A stretch of DNA of 62,435 bases, the filler included, from Pirum gemmata (taxonomy: Eukaryota): the NCBI GenBank assembly GCA_002812295.1. It is 23 parts of 23 records of this genome, joined end to end, with 100 filler letters (N's around TTAATTAATTAA, not from the genome) between each part and the next. Parts side by side here need not be neighbours in the genome. Positions count along the whole stretch, not along the records: positions 47,377 to 49,584 come from PDIN01007698.1; positions 49,685 to 51,913 come from PDIN01007699.1; positions 52,014 to 54,176 come from PDIN01007700.1; positions 54,277 to 56,455 come from PDIN01007701.1; positions 56,556 to 60,186 come from PDIN01007702.1; positions 60,287 to 62,435 come from PDIN01007703.1; 17 more parts are not named here. The stretch is one strand, 5' to 3'. Below, piece by piece: positions 49,542 through 62,435 of this stretch; within the stretch, counting starts at the first letter, position 1, and the number at the start of each line of letters is the position of its first letter. The notes beneath the pieces are model-generated. The model ran no database searches, was not told the origin of the DNA, and saw only the letters and a program-made list of their open reading frames with translations. The position numbers and the translations under genes are program-made.

Positions 49542-52484
49542 AAAAAAAAAAGCAAACAAAAAAAAAAGCAAACAAACAAACAAANNNNNNNNNNNNNNNN
49601 NNNNNNNNNNNNNNNNNNNNNNNNNNNNTTAATTAATTAANNNNNNNNNNNNNNNNNNNNNNNNNNNNNNNNNNNNNNNNNNNNAAACATGTCTTATAGC
49701 TTAACCATAATAATAATTTGGTATGTTTATTTCAGTTTTTGAACTGGACAACACTATTGAAAAACACGCGATAGGCGGGTCACTAACATGAGACCTAGCC
49801 TAGACTATGATACTTACTAGTCTAGTAGTCTATCTAGTCTATGCTATGGTCTAACTAAAGAAAACTCTATATCAATAATATATTTATTAATTTTTCGTAT
49901 AAAATGATATATCAAGGACTTTTTTATTATTATCATATTATAAAAAAATTTTGTCAAATAGAAAAATGTCTAAAACTTTTCGATTCGAATCAAAAAAGTG
50001 ACGTTTTTTTCACCTACGAGCGTTTCTAAATTCTAACACCTAACTAGCTAGCTAGTTTTCTAACCCCAAAATTCTAGAGGAGGGGTGTTTAACTTTCAGG
50101 ATATATCTATGATATCACTATACCTACGTGAGGAGGTTATCATAATGAGAAGTAAGTATGATTCAGCTGGAGCAAATTTACTGGAGCTGGAGAGGGCACT
50201 CATTTTTTGTAAACAGTGATTTTTTGTAAACACAAAAGTATTTTTTAAATACAACGTTTCTTATTCGTCGATGTTATCATAGTATGGCTCATAGTATGAT
50301 TATAGTATGGTACATTGGTATTTTTGAGTTATTTTTGCTAGGTTATTTTTGCTTGAATTTGATCTCCATTTTAGCCAGTTAGCAGTGGTGCACTGTACAG
50401 TGTACAAAAGCAAGGAGAGACTCCTGGAGAGTTCAAAAAATTGAACTCCTTCCTTCCTTGCCTTGACAAAAGACGAAAAGACTAGTAGACTACTATAGCG
50501 CTTTTCATTTATTTTGTCACCCCGAATATTTATTTGGTTGGTTATATTTTTTTAATTGACATTGTTAATTAAATGAATAAATGGATAATTAAATGAAATG
50601 GATTTATATTGTATTTTAATTTTATCATAGTACTCTTTATTTTATATTTTATCATGACAAAACAACTGAAAAGCATGTCAATCCGTCAATAGTCAAAACG
50701 GACCCAAAAAATATCTATATATAGATATATTCATTCTTTTTTTTTTTGTTTTTCTAATAAAAGAGTCTATAAAAGTTATAAAAGTAAATTATAAAATTAT
50801 CAAAAATGCTCAAAAATGGTTTTCTAAAAAAAAGTATGACTCATTTTTAAAATATTCTGCATAATTATTATGAATATATTATGATAGTATCATTATTCTG
50901 ATAGTGTGTTTTTTGACTGTTTTTTGCCTCAGTGTTTATTGCTGGGGTTTGTTTTTTTATTTGCTGTCTACATTTACTCTACAAGTATCATACATGCAAA
51001 TTTTTGCCAAAATCCACTCTCTCTAATAAATCACCAAAATTTAATAGACTATGTATTATTTCGTCAATGGTGTTTTATTCTGGCTAGTTGAAATTTCGAC
51101 TTCCAGATTAGTTTATGTATCAGTTTCTTTAGTTTCTTAAGTAGTGTTTTTTAAATAAGAGTTAAATGGGTTAGAAATAAGTGTGCATTGACAACCAACC
51201 AGTTTTACCTTTAGATTATTTTCAAGTTTTTTTTTTTTGTTACAGTTCTATAATTATTACATTTGTAATTATTTGAACTGTTTCATTATATTATTTTGGT
51301 ATAAGTTAATGATTTTGTCATTGGGTTTTGGCTTTTTGTAATTTCCATAAAGTATACGTATATATTATATATAGTGTATGATTAACATTTGTGTTAATTT
51401 TTTAGTGTAGTATTAATAGTATTAATTTTTTTATAATACTTTTGTTCCTAATATCCTAACCTAATAGTCTAGTCTCTTATATTCTTTGGCATGATTGTCT
51501 AGCATGGTTGTTGTTACAGTTGTCTTCAACATAATATTCTAGCTTCAACATTTGTTAGGAAAAAACAAAAAACAAAAAATAGTAACGTTTTGATAATTAT
51601 TAGTATAGACCTATACTGACTGTCTCTTGAGCCTTAGACTAACCCTATTGCAAATTTCTCTTACACTACTGTATGAAGAAGTCAAAAATTTAGAAAGCAG
51701 TTTGTATCATATTATTTTTGTGGTAGAATAGAAGTAAAAGGTTTAAGAAATATAAAACTGTTATAAAACTGTTATAAAGCTAAACAAGAAAATAACGAAG
51801 ATGAAATACACAATAGACATCAGATTCTTTTCAGATAAATATTCTCTATAGGACTATATTCAGAGTATTCAGTCTGGCCTGAATATTTATCTGAAAAGGT
51901 GTCTATATAATGANNNNNNNNNNNNNNNNNNNNNNNNNNNNNNNNNNNNNNNNNNNNTTAATTAATTAANNNNNNNNNNNNNNNNNNNNNNNNNNNNNNN
52001 NNNNNNNNNNNNNATAATAATAATAATAATAATATGATAATAATAATTTATATGATGATTATGGGAGTGTTTATTCAATATTAAAATTAGAAATTAATTT
52101 TGAAATAGATGAATATCTAAATATAGAAACAGCTTATTTATATTTAAAAAATAAAAATAAAGAAGATATTAAAAATTATTATACAAAGATAGATAATATT
52201 AGCGAAAAAACCATCTCCGCAAGTCCTGCAGGAATTGGAAATTGGAAGGTCTATAAACCGAACACCCCTATTTAATAACTTAGTAATAGTGGTTGTCCTA
52301 TCAATCTTTAATTTGGTACTGTTTAAGTGTATAATTGAACCGATTTAAAAAATACAACATTAAGTATAAAATACAAAATTAATCAAAACATGACCGATAG
52401 TTTGACCATAATAATAATTTGGTACGTTTATTTCACTGGACAGTTGGACAACACTATTAAAAAACATGATAACTATTAGTATGC

Positions 52485-53090
52485 AGCTGCCATCGAGGTT
52501 AAAAACAATACTGCATGGCACAAGTATTGTATTTTAGTGGTTTACTTGGTATGATTGAAACTAACGCNTTGCTTACACTTATTTCAATACAACGAAAGAA
52601 AAAAAAGAAATGAAGCATTGGGTATTCAGAGAGAAACTAGCTATGGAATTAATCAATAATCCTTATGAAACGGAAGAATTAGAGATGTTTCATGGTCAGT
52701 AATTATCTACCGGAACAAAGGTGCAGCTTTCAGCAGAATTGAATGAACACGTTTTAGCATCCCATGATCCTATTTTAAATGGTAAAGAAAAAAGAAGACC
52801 TCGCTTTAGATGTGACTCGTGTCGCTCTAAGGTTAAACAAAAGAAATTGTTCACTTATTGTTCTGCACCAACATGTGGTTCAAATATTGCTTTATTTAAC
52901 CAACGTACTGTTGTAAGAAGACAATTTAATCAATGAATGGTAATTTTTTTTTAAGTTTTTAATAATTAAATGTTTTGTTTATTAATAAAAGAAGTTGAAA
53001 TGATACATTATTCAAGTTGAAGGATGCATTAATCAATTTGAATCACAAAGTTAAGTCACTTAAAACATAGGGTCCGATCAGACCCCACTC
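52485..53090 (+). mobile_element. Decayed piggyBac-like transposase C-terminus and 3' subterminal region
   Basis: Frameshifted fragments TAWHK..., GLLGMIETNA, FREKLAMELINNP and a Cys-rich tail RCDSCR...TYCSAPTC; GGGTC..GACCCC subterminal palindrome near 53070-53086. Confidence 0.65.
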
Positions 53091-53099
53091 AGCACGATA

Positions 53100-53612
53100 A
53101 CTATTATTATTAAAATTAGGCCTTGCAACTGTCATTTTGACTATTTCCTATAATACTTTTACAAACTGCAACAGAAGACATAATAGTAGGAAGCGATAAA
53201 ACACAGGCTGCAATAGCAACATGTTAGCCCCAACCATACTGTCTACCAGCAGGCAATTCATAATCGAACCATTGAGGCCCAACCCTAATATTTTTTAATA
53301 ATAATAATTGGGTAAGTTTATTTTAAATATAAAATACCAAATTAATTAAAATATCCCTGATAGTTTAACCGTAATAATAATTTGGTATTAATAATACGTT
53401 TATTTCAGTTTTTGAACTGGACAACACTATTGAAAAACACGATAATAATTATTAATAAAATTAGGCCTTGGAACTGTCATTTTGACTATTCCTATAATAC
53501 TTTTACAAACTGCAGTAGAAGACATAATATTATTAGGAAGCGATAAAACACAGGCACCCCAACCAAATTGAAAACCCAGAGCTAATTCAATAATCGAACC
53601 ATTGAGGTCATG
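53100..53612 (-). pseudogene. Two decayed duplicates of the 3' end of the claudin-like gene
   Basis: 53100-53280 and 53445-53612 repeat 53620-53795 with indels; a partial family-B repeat lies between them. Confidence 0.8.
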
Positions 53613-53634
53613 GTAATAATTATTATTATTAAAA

Positions 53635-54141
53635 TTAGGCCTTGCAACTGTCATTTTGATTATTTACTATAATACTTCTACAAACTGAAGTAGAAGACAT
53701 AACATTAGCAACCGAACAAATACAGGCTGCAATAGCAACAATGTAGCCCCAACCATACTGATTACCATAAAGCAATTCATAATTGAACAAATGAGGAAAG
53801 ACAACAACAGTAATGAGTAAAAAGATGAAAACGAAACTATGTAATCCAGAAGAAATAAAGCTAATACCTTTGCTCTTTTTCAAAAACGCAACTACAGAAC
53901 AAACCAAAGCAAAAAATATGAATAAATTGGCTAAGATAAGAAAAGCAATGGTGGCTTTTAGAGTTTCGGGGTATTCAGTATGATCTTTACAATTATTGTT
54001 GCCATCACAATAACGAAATAATCCATTTCGAGAGTTAACAGCTTCATTTACTATCCAGCTTGTAGATGCTAAAGAAGCTACAGTTAAAGTCCAAACAATA
54101 ACGGAAAGAACAGCATGGATACCTATTACTAAAACTCCCAT
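53635..54141 (-). CDS. Claudin/PMP22/EMP-superfamily tetraspan membrane protein
   Basis: Four TM segments; first loop W...GLFRYC-x5-C variant of the W-GLW-C-C signature; YGWGY before TM4; intronless. Confidence 0.85.
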   Translation of the reverse strand: MGVLVIGIHAVLSVIVWTLTVASLASTSWIVNEAVNSRNGLFRYCDGNNNCKDHTEYPETLKATIAFLILANLFIFFALVCSVVAFLKKSKGISFISSGLHSFVFIFLLITVVVFPHLFNYELLYGNQYGWGYIVAIAACICSVANVMSSTSVCRSIIVNNQNDSCKA

Positions 54142-54143
54142 AT

Positions 54144-54174
<31 letters not shown>

Positions 54175-56682
54175 TTNNNNNNNNNNNNNNNNNNNNNNNN
54201 NNNNNNNNNNNNNNNNNNNNTTAATTAATTAANNNNNNNNNNNNNNNNNNNNNNNNNNNNNNNNNNNNNNNNNNNNTAGTAATACTATAAAAAACAATAT
54301 TATAATAAAATATAACACAATACAATAATAATACTATTACAACACAATACAATACATTACATTAGAGCATAACACAACACAATACAACACAATCAATAAA
54401 ATATAATGCATATAATATAATACAATCAATGAATTATTAATTAATTAAAATATAATTAATACAATATATAATACAATATAATACAAATTATACAATACAA
54501 TTGTAACACACATCAATACCATATACAATATATATATAATTTATTATTAATATTAATACAAAATACAATACAAGACAATACAAGAGACAATACAATACAA
54601 TACAATACTATGTAATGCAATACTATGCAGTGCAATACAATACAACACAATACAACACCTTATAATACAATATAATAAATAAAATAAAATACAATATAAT
54701 ACAATACAATACAACACGTTAAAACACAACACAATATTTAATACAATACAAAATAATTAATACAATACAATACAATACAAACTATGCAATACAATACAAT
54801 ACAATACAATACAATACAATACAATACAATACAATACAATACAATACAATACAATACAATATAATACAATACAATACAATACAATACAATACAAAGTTAA
54901 TACAATAAAATACAACAGTTACACGTTACTTTAGTTACTTTAATTAACGTTACTCAACTCAATATGCATGTAATACAATATACAATACAATACAATACAA
55001 TACATTTTTTTGTTGTATTATATTATATTTCATTGTATTGTATCGTGTATCTGACATTATATTGTATTGTATTTGGTTGTATTGTATTCTATCATATTAT
55101 ATTATATCAATTTTTTTATGATAAAAAACAATTAATTAAAAAACCTATACTATTAGATAAGAGGATAAAAAACTGCAAGAAAAAAACTGTTGAAAACTCT
55201 CGAGTCTGTAGCTCGATTCTATAGTATCAAAGTTCAAAGACCCCCACAGGCTCCGTTTAAAAATCAAGCTTTCGAGTCTAGATATTAATTAATAAGTTTG
55301 AAATGTTCAAACTTACAATTAAGTATTCAAATATATTTATTTATTAATAAGCCCGAAATATACGAAAAAAATATTTTTCGAACGGAGCTGAATTTTGGCT
55401 TTTTTTTTTTTTTTTTGACAGCAGAAATTCGAGTTTTCGGGTTTGAGCAAAATTGGGAGAGGCCTAGCCAGGGCATTTTCAAATCATCTCGAGCTAGAAA
55501 CTTCACTCCGAACACTCGAGCTGTGAAAGGACTAGCTAGCTAGCTAGCTAGCTAGTAGCTAGGCAACGAAAAAAAAAAAATTCTGAAAAAATTCGCTGAA
55601 AAATAGAAAAAAAAATTAATTCTCTTTTTTTCTTGCAGGTTTTTTATCCTCCTTACTAGCTAGCTATTAGCAGGAGGGATGACATGACGTCATAATACTA
55701 ATACCAACCTAGGGTCTAGAACCTAGGGTACGGCAAAAATTGAAAATTTGACTTAAATTACTATAAAAAGTTAACTTATAACTATTAATAGTAACACTTA
55801 ATATAGTAAACTACTATTTTAAGGATATAAATATCTATTTTAAGTAACAATTTTTACCATCTCAATTCCTTTTGTAACTCCAAATTTCTGTCAAAGGGGA
55901 TGTCATCCCTCCTCTATTAGCTATTGTGCTTTTCATTAAATTTTATTTTGTCAATCCGAATATTTATTTGGTTGTTTATAATATTTAAATGGATACTTTT
56001 AAATAAATAAATATATATTAAAATATACCAAATTAAATGAAATGGATTTATATTGTATTAATTTGGTACTATTTATTGTATATTTTATGACGACAACATA
56101 ATTGAAAAGCACGATAGACTAGCTAGTCTAGCTAGACTAGACTATCGTGCATTTCATTTATTTTGTCACTCTGAATATTTATTTGGAGGGTTATAATCTT
56201 TAAATTGACATTTTTAAATTAATATATAGATAATAAAATATACCAAATTAAATTAAATGGATGTATATTGTATTAATTTGGTACTATTTATTGTAAATGA
56301 AAAGCACTACACTATCTCTAGCTAGCTAGATAGCTACTATCATACTACTACTACTAGCTAGCTAAGGTTTTGTATATTTTTTTATGTAGTCTATATAAGG
56401 AGGGATGAGATGACGTCATCTTACCAATTGGATGCTCGGACCGGCGAACTTCCAGNNNNNNNNNNNNNNNNNNNNNNNNNNNNNNNNNNNNNNNNNNNNT
56501 TAATTAATTAANNNNNNNNNNNNNNNNNNNNNNNNNNNNNNNNNNNNNNNNNNNNAATAATATGATAATAATAATAATAAGTCAAAATCTCAAAATTCTT
56601 TGAACTTTGAATTTTTGAAGTCATGTATGACTTAGCTATGTTATATAATAAACTGTTGTATTATAGAGTTTTCTTTATCCAG

Positions 56683-56788
56683 AAAGCTCCAGTTTCTCTT
56701 TCTAAAGGTTCAGATGGAAGGGTTCCAGTAATTGAACTTAGTGATGTTGTCACCTGCCTTCCCTTCCTTGAAATGACTATCGATTATG
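56683..56788 (+). CDS. Possible isolated exon, product unknown
   Basis: TTTATCCAG acceptor and GTAAAC donor flank one open frame, KAPVSLSKGSDGRVPVIELSDVVTCLPFLEMTIDY. Confidence 0.3.
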
Positions 56789-57097
56789 GTAAACTGTGTA
56801 TGATATATTATAATAATATCACATATTTAATATTAATATTGTAATACACATCTCCACTTCCTGACTGTTCCTGTAGGCTGTAGCTACTAGCTAGCTGTAT
56901 TTGTTTATTATTGATATTTGTAATCTTTATTATTGTGTATAACACTGTGTACACACTTTTATCTGTGGGTTTGTTTTTATGTTTTTTTTGAATACAAGTA
57001 AACAAAATAGAGCGCTGTAGCAATGCTGCAGCGCATGCTCGATGGTGCTCTATAAATAACATTATCATCAATATCAGAAAAATAGACCTCCCCGGTC

Positions 57098-57160
<63 letters not shown>

Positions 57161-60100
57161 TTAATAATGCTAGTAGCAAGATACAGTTACATACTCTAGG
57201 TATGATAGTAGTGCTTTTCCTTTATTTCGTCATTCTGGATATTTATTTGGTTGGTTATAATATTTAAAAGCTGACATTTTTAAAAATGAATAAATAGATA
57301 ATAAAATATACCAAATTAAATGAAATGGATTTATATTATATTTATTTGGGGTACTCTTTAGTCTATTGTATATTTTATGATAACAAAAACAACTGAAAAG
57401 TACGATAGTAGACCGATACTGTAGATAATCTCATCATAGTGAACAAACAGACAGACCCAGGACAGTAGACTACCAGACTACAGTCTGACTACTACCCCCA
57501 GCGTTGTTGCTGGCACCGTGGTACGTCGGTCAGTGCCAGACATACTCCCCGAACTAGTTCCCCTAGCTATCACTAGTTCCCCCAGCTATCATAGACTCAT
57601 AGTAGTATCGGATACTACCCGAGGGTTATCATAATATAATATTATATACAACGACATATCATAATATTATCAATTTATCATAGTTAGGGCTAGAGCTACT
57701 CGAGGGTCTACTTGATGTAGCTCCAGCCATGCTGCATGTAGCGGCTTTGTAGCCTCAGCCTGCATAGCTTGAGTAGACCATCCAACCTGCATAGCTTGTA
57801 TGATAGTAGACCATCCAAAAACAGTCCAAAAACCCACTCCACCCACTGATCTTTTGTTGTTATCGGATAGCTAGCTAGCTAGAAACTAGGACTGGCTATA
57901 CTCTGGCTATAGATCTTTTGCGGCATCGTTAAATTCCAGAGAGAGTGCTACCACCCAGTAGGAGTACTATAACACTACTATAACGCCGATAACGCCATTT
58001 TGGTCAAATACAGCTTCAAATACCCTTACCTACCTACGGTAACCTACCCCTCGACGTTAATTTCCGGTCAAATACCACCCACCTACCTACCCCTTGACGT
58101 CACGTATTATTTGATAGACTACTAAAGGCAGTTATTTTTTTATATGCATAGTAGCACTGTAGTAGCCCCCGCAACCCACGGTAACCCACCCACTCCCACT
58201 ATCCCACAATCCCACCCACAACCCCCGAGTCCCAACACTTTTCTTTTTTCTTTTTCAAGAAAAAAAGGTTGAGTTTGTTGACTTGTATTATAATAATTAT
58301 TATTTTATTATTATTATTATTATTAGTTAATGATGTAGTGGTTAGTAGTAGTAGTAGTATTATTATTTCATATTAAAGTTAATGATGTCGTTCGGTTTTA
58401 ACTATTTTACTTTTCATAATATATAGTCTATGATGAGCAATTATATTGTTCTTTTGTTGTAGAAATTTTGGTTTTTAGCTTTTGTTCCTAGTATTATGGC
58501 GTTAAAGTCGTTGTTATGTCGTTGAAGTTGTTATAGTCGTTGTTATGTTGTTGGAGTTGTCGTCTATGAAAGGATTTATCTGGCCAGTCTAGAGTAGTAA
58601 CCCTAACCCTAACCCTAACCCTAACCCTAACCCTAACCCTACCTAACCCTAACCCTAACCCTCTACTAGTTTTGCAAGTTTATTAATACCTGTGTTCAAA
58701 ACTATCATACAAACACTCTACAGTGGCTGGCTATGATAGCTGGTCTAACAAAGTTACAAACAAACAAACAAACAAACAAACAAAAACCCANATTAACATC
58801 GAGGGGTAGGTAGGTAGAGGTATTTGAAGCTGTATTTGAACGCTCCCTAATAGCTCTAGCTAGATACAGTATTTAATTAAAAAAATCAAGATATTGTATT
58901 ATGTAATACTATAATATCAATATATACTTTTTATACAATTATACTCTTTTTATTTATTATATATCCAAGGAAATCCTTGATATATCATATAAATAATATC
59001 ATATCATATAGGTATTAGGTAGCTAGTAGTAGGTTTAGTAGGGTTATAGTCTAATATCAAAATGATCTAGTCAAAATGATATATTATATAGTTAGGACTC
59101 TTTTTGAGGGAGAGCTGTCCCCCCCCCCACATCCCCCACCCTCACATTCTACCGGGTATGATAGCTTTTTACTCTACTAGTAGGCAGTAGCTTTTACTCT
59201 TATTTATTTTATTAGTAGCTTTTAGACCTCTATTATTTATTTTAATTATTTATGATATTGATTGATGCTGGTAGTCTATTTATTATTATTATTATTATTA
59301 GTCTAGGGAAATTTAATTTTGAAAAACCCCAGCTGGTGGTTGTTGGGAACTTGGGAACTTGGGACAACGATTTTTTAAAAGGACTCTTTTTATAATATCG
59401 ATATATCCATGTTGTATTTATATATAGATGGTAGTCTTAGTCAGGGAGATTCGAACGTCCGAATCCAGGTTCAAATGTAAAAAACCAAATTTATAACCAC
59501 TTTGAAATTTTTTTATTATTTATTAATTAAATATCTAAGGAATTCAAAAATGATTGAAGTCCTTGTATTATTATAAATATTATTATATATTATTATAATA
59601 AATCAAGGACTTCAAAAAAGAAACCTTGAATAAATTTGAAGTCCTTGAATAAATTTATAATATCATACTATTATAATATCCGATATTTTATTTTGGGGGG
59701 GGATAATGGACTGAGTCTGAGGTAACTTTACAAAGGCCACATTGCATAATTTGAGTATTGTCTATGTAGACTATATATGTATATTATATTGATATGATAA
59801 TTTATCAATATAGATCATGGGGGTGTGTGGGAAGGGGTCTATATTTATCGATACTTATTTATATCATAAATATACCACCATCAGATAATGTATTATTGCA
59901 TATATGGAATGGAGGCATATATACAGCATGATCAGCATGATACTGGAGACCGATATATCATAATATATATCGTCCTTGCTATCAATGATACTAGCTATCG
60001 ATAGTAGCTAGCTACTAGACTCGAGAGGAAACTGTATAATAAATATATAACTATAAATATATTCATACTAGATAAATTTTTAGGTTATTATAGCTGTTAT

Positions 60101-60286
60101 TACATAGTGCTTTTCATTTATTTTGTCACTCCGAATATTTATTTGGTTGTTTATAATATTTAAATTGATACTTTTAAACCAAATTCNNNNNNNNNNNNNN
60201 NNNNNNNNNNNNNNNNNNNNNNNNNNNNNNTTAATTAATTAANNNNNNNNNNNNNNNNNNNNNNNNNNNNNNNNNNNNNNNNNNNN

Positions 60287-60320
<34 letters not shown>

Positions 60321-60333
60321 CAAATAATAATAC

Positions 60334-60975
60334 CTAGAAATATATAAGAGAAAAACAAACTGGCAGGAGTTAAAAGTTTATCATTTATACTTTCACCACG
60401 CGGTGGTCTTTTCATAACACTGGCTTCTTGGCCTTCGTAAGCCAACGAAATAGCTGGTAGTAAATCAGTTCCAATATCAATGGCTAAAATCAAAATAGTG
60501 GATAATGGTGCTGGTAAAAACAAGAAGAACGAGAATAGAAATGGAATTGTTTCAGGACATTTGGAGGACAAAGTATAAGCAATAGATTTCTTCAAATTGT
60601 CAAAAATTACTCTTCCTTCACCAATACCATTGACAATAGAACCAAAGTTATCGTCAGTTAAAATAATATCAGATGCATCTTTACTCACTTCAGTACCAGT
60701 GATTCCCATAGCTACACCAACATGTGCCTGTTTTAAGGCTGGGGAATCGTTCACGCCATCACCAGTAACCGCAACGATATGACCCAAGTGTTGAAAACCT
60801 TCGACAATTCGTAATTTTTGTTGGGGTGAAGTTCGAGCAAATACAATTTCTTCCATTTCAAGGTAACGATAAAGTTCTTCATCAGTTAAGTTTTTCAATT
60901 CGTCGCCATGAATGATGATTGAACGATTTTGATCATAAGGATTGGTCTCATTTTTTTTCATATCAATTGAATCCT
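60334..60975 (-). CDS. P2C (Na+/K+- or H+/K+-type) P-type ATPase alpha subunit, exon covering the hinge to TM7
   Basis: [54 protein letters not shown] at 60977-60976, GT at 60333. Confidence 0.93.
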
Positions 60976-61497
60976 CTAAAATAATTGTTATAAACAAATA
61001 AAAGAAATTAAAAGAAAATCAATTTGTAAAATATATATACTTGATACAATATAAACTCCACTCCTCACATTCTTTATTGATCAACAAAACGGTAATACTA
61101 ATACTAATACTAATACTAATAACAGTAATAATAACAATGCTAATACCAATGCCAACACACTACTGTTACTAATGCCAATATCAAGACTAATACTAATACT
61201 AATACTAATACTAATACTAATTTATAATACTAATACTAATACTAATATTAACTCTAATAATAATACTAATGCGAATACTAATACTAACACTGATACTAAT
61301 ATTAATATTAAAACTAAAACTAATACTAATACTAATACGAATACTAATACTAATATTAATATTAATATTAATACTAATACTAATACTAATACTAATACTA
61401 ATACTAATACTAATACAAATACAAATACAAATACTGAACGATAGCGATTACAGCAACAACAAAGCAAAAAAAAAAGCAACAACAACAATAATAATAC

Positions 61498-62161
61498 CAG
61501 TAATAATTCCAATAGATCTGGCAATAGATTCAGCTGTAACAGGATGATCACCAGTTACCATGACAACACGAATACTTGCTGTTTTGCAATCCTGAATAGC
61601 CCCAGGAACGGAAGGACGGGGAGGATCAATCATAGATACGGCACCAACAAAAGTCAATCCTTCTAACGGGAAGTTCACATTTTGGGTATCAAACTCAAAA
61701 TCAAGTGGAAATTCCTCTTTTGGTAAAAACGCAAAGCACATTCCCAAAACTCGTTCTCCTTTCCCGCCTAAAATATTATAATCTTTCATGAACTTTTCAC
61801 TGTGATTTTCCGAAAATTCTACCCTTGCACCATTATCCATTATGTGGGTACAGCGCGATAACAACCTTTCCGGTGCGCCTTTCATAACCAACAATATGTC
61901 GGAGTCTTTTTCTTCGCGAAGAAGTTTGTCATTATGGAGCGAGTGTAAAGAAACTTGGTATTTATTAGTAGAATTAAATGGAATTTCTGCTAACTTTGGA
62001 TACATTTCACGGAATTGTTCAACATTACAGATTTTATCACAAAATCTTAAAATGGCAGTTTCTGAAGCATCTCCTAAAACTTTTCGCTCTTGTTCATGAC
62101 TTTCGTTTTCTTCCTCCTGGGGTTCATCGCATATAAATTCTGCTCTACTACACAACGCACA
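61498..62161 (-). CDS. P2C ATPase alpha subunit, N/P-domain exon
   Basis: LCSRAEF, GDASE, IPFNSTNKYQ, MKGAPE, GERVLG, SMIDPPR, MVTGDHPVTA; CAG acceptor at 62163-62162; GT at 61497 splices in frame to 60975. Confidence 0.93.
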
Positions 62162-62435
62162 CTGTAATTGAAACAAAAAGCAACAACCGATTTTTTAATT
62201 AATTGACTGTATAGATTACACTAATAATAATAATACCGATAATAACAATAGTGGGAATAAACAAGTAGCAATAATAATGATAATAATGATAATAATGATA
62301 ATAATGATAATAATGATAATAATGATAATGATAATAATGATAATAATGATAATAATGATAATAATGATAATAATGATAATAATGATAATAATGATAATAA
62401 TGATAATAATGATAATAATGATAATAATGATAATA

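Noticed and set aside
52033..52275. About 80-codon open frame with no start (YDDYGSVYSILKLEINF...)
   Set aside because: No start codon or clear acceptor, contig edge, no recognisable motif.
57700..57960. Possible pogo/DDE_1 transposase relic on the minus strand (KPLHAAWL, EFNDAAKD)
   Set aside because: Too short and degraded to support without a translated search.

Overview
This is AT-rich, intron-containing eukaryotic DNA, not prokaryotic. It is not one locus: about 23 short (mostly ~2.2 kb), apparently unlinked contigs or mini-scaffolds are joined by an artificial N~44-TTAATTAATTAA-N~44 linker, so neighbourhood across linkers means nothing. TTAGGG repeats, a CBM1 domain, a P2C Na+/K+-type ATPase, a claudin-like protein and GT-AG introns fit an opisthokont microbe such as an ichthyosporean-like holozoan or early fungus (inference only). 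Recognisable genes and exons: two LRR proteins, a GPI-type Cys-rich surface protein, an intronless signal-peptide nicotinamidase fused to CBM1, a spliced MYND-like finger + CheD/NTAN1/CNF1-like deamidase, ATG7 exon 1, two prefoldin-4 exons in permuted order, a multi-pass membrane protein, a claudin/PMP22-like gene with duplicated 3' ends and two P2C ATPase exons. Also present are a decayed LINE, a piggyBac-like remnant, an ankyrin pseudogene, several MITE families, interstitial telomeric arrays and many microsatellites. Most short ORFs in the track are microsatellite artefacts. The strongest leads are the secreted nicotinamidase-CBM1 fusion and the intron-split MYND-deamidase. All family calls are by-eye motif recognition without database searches; repeat coordinates are approximate.
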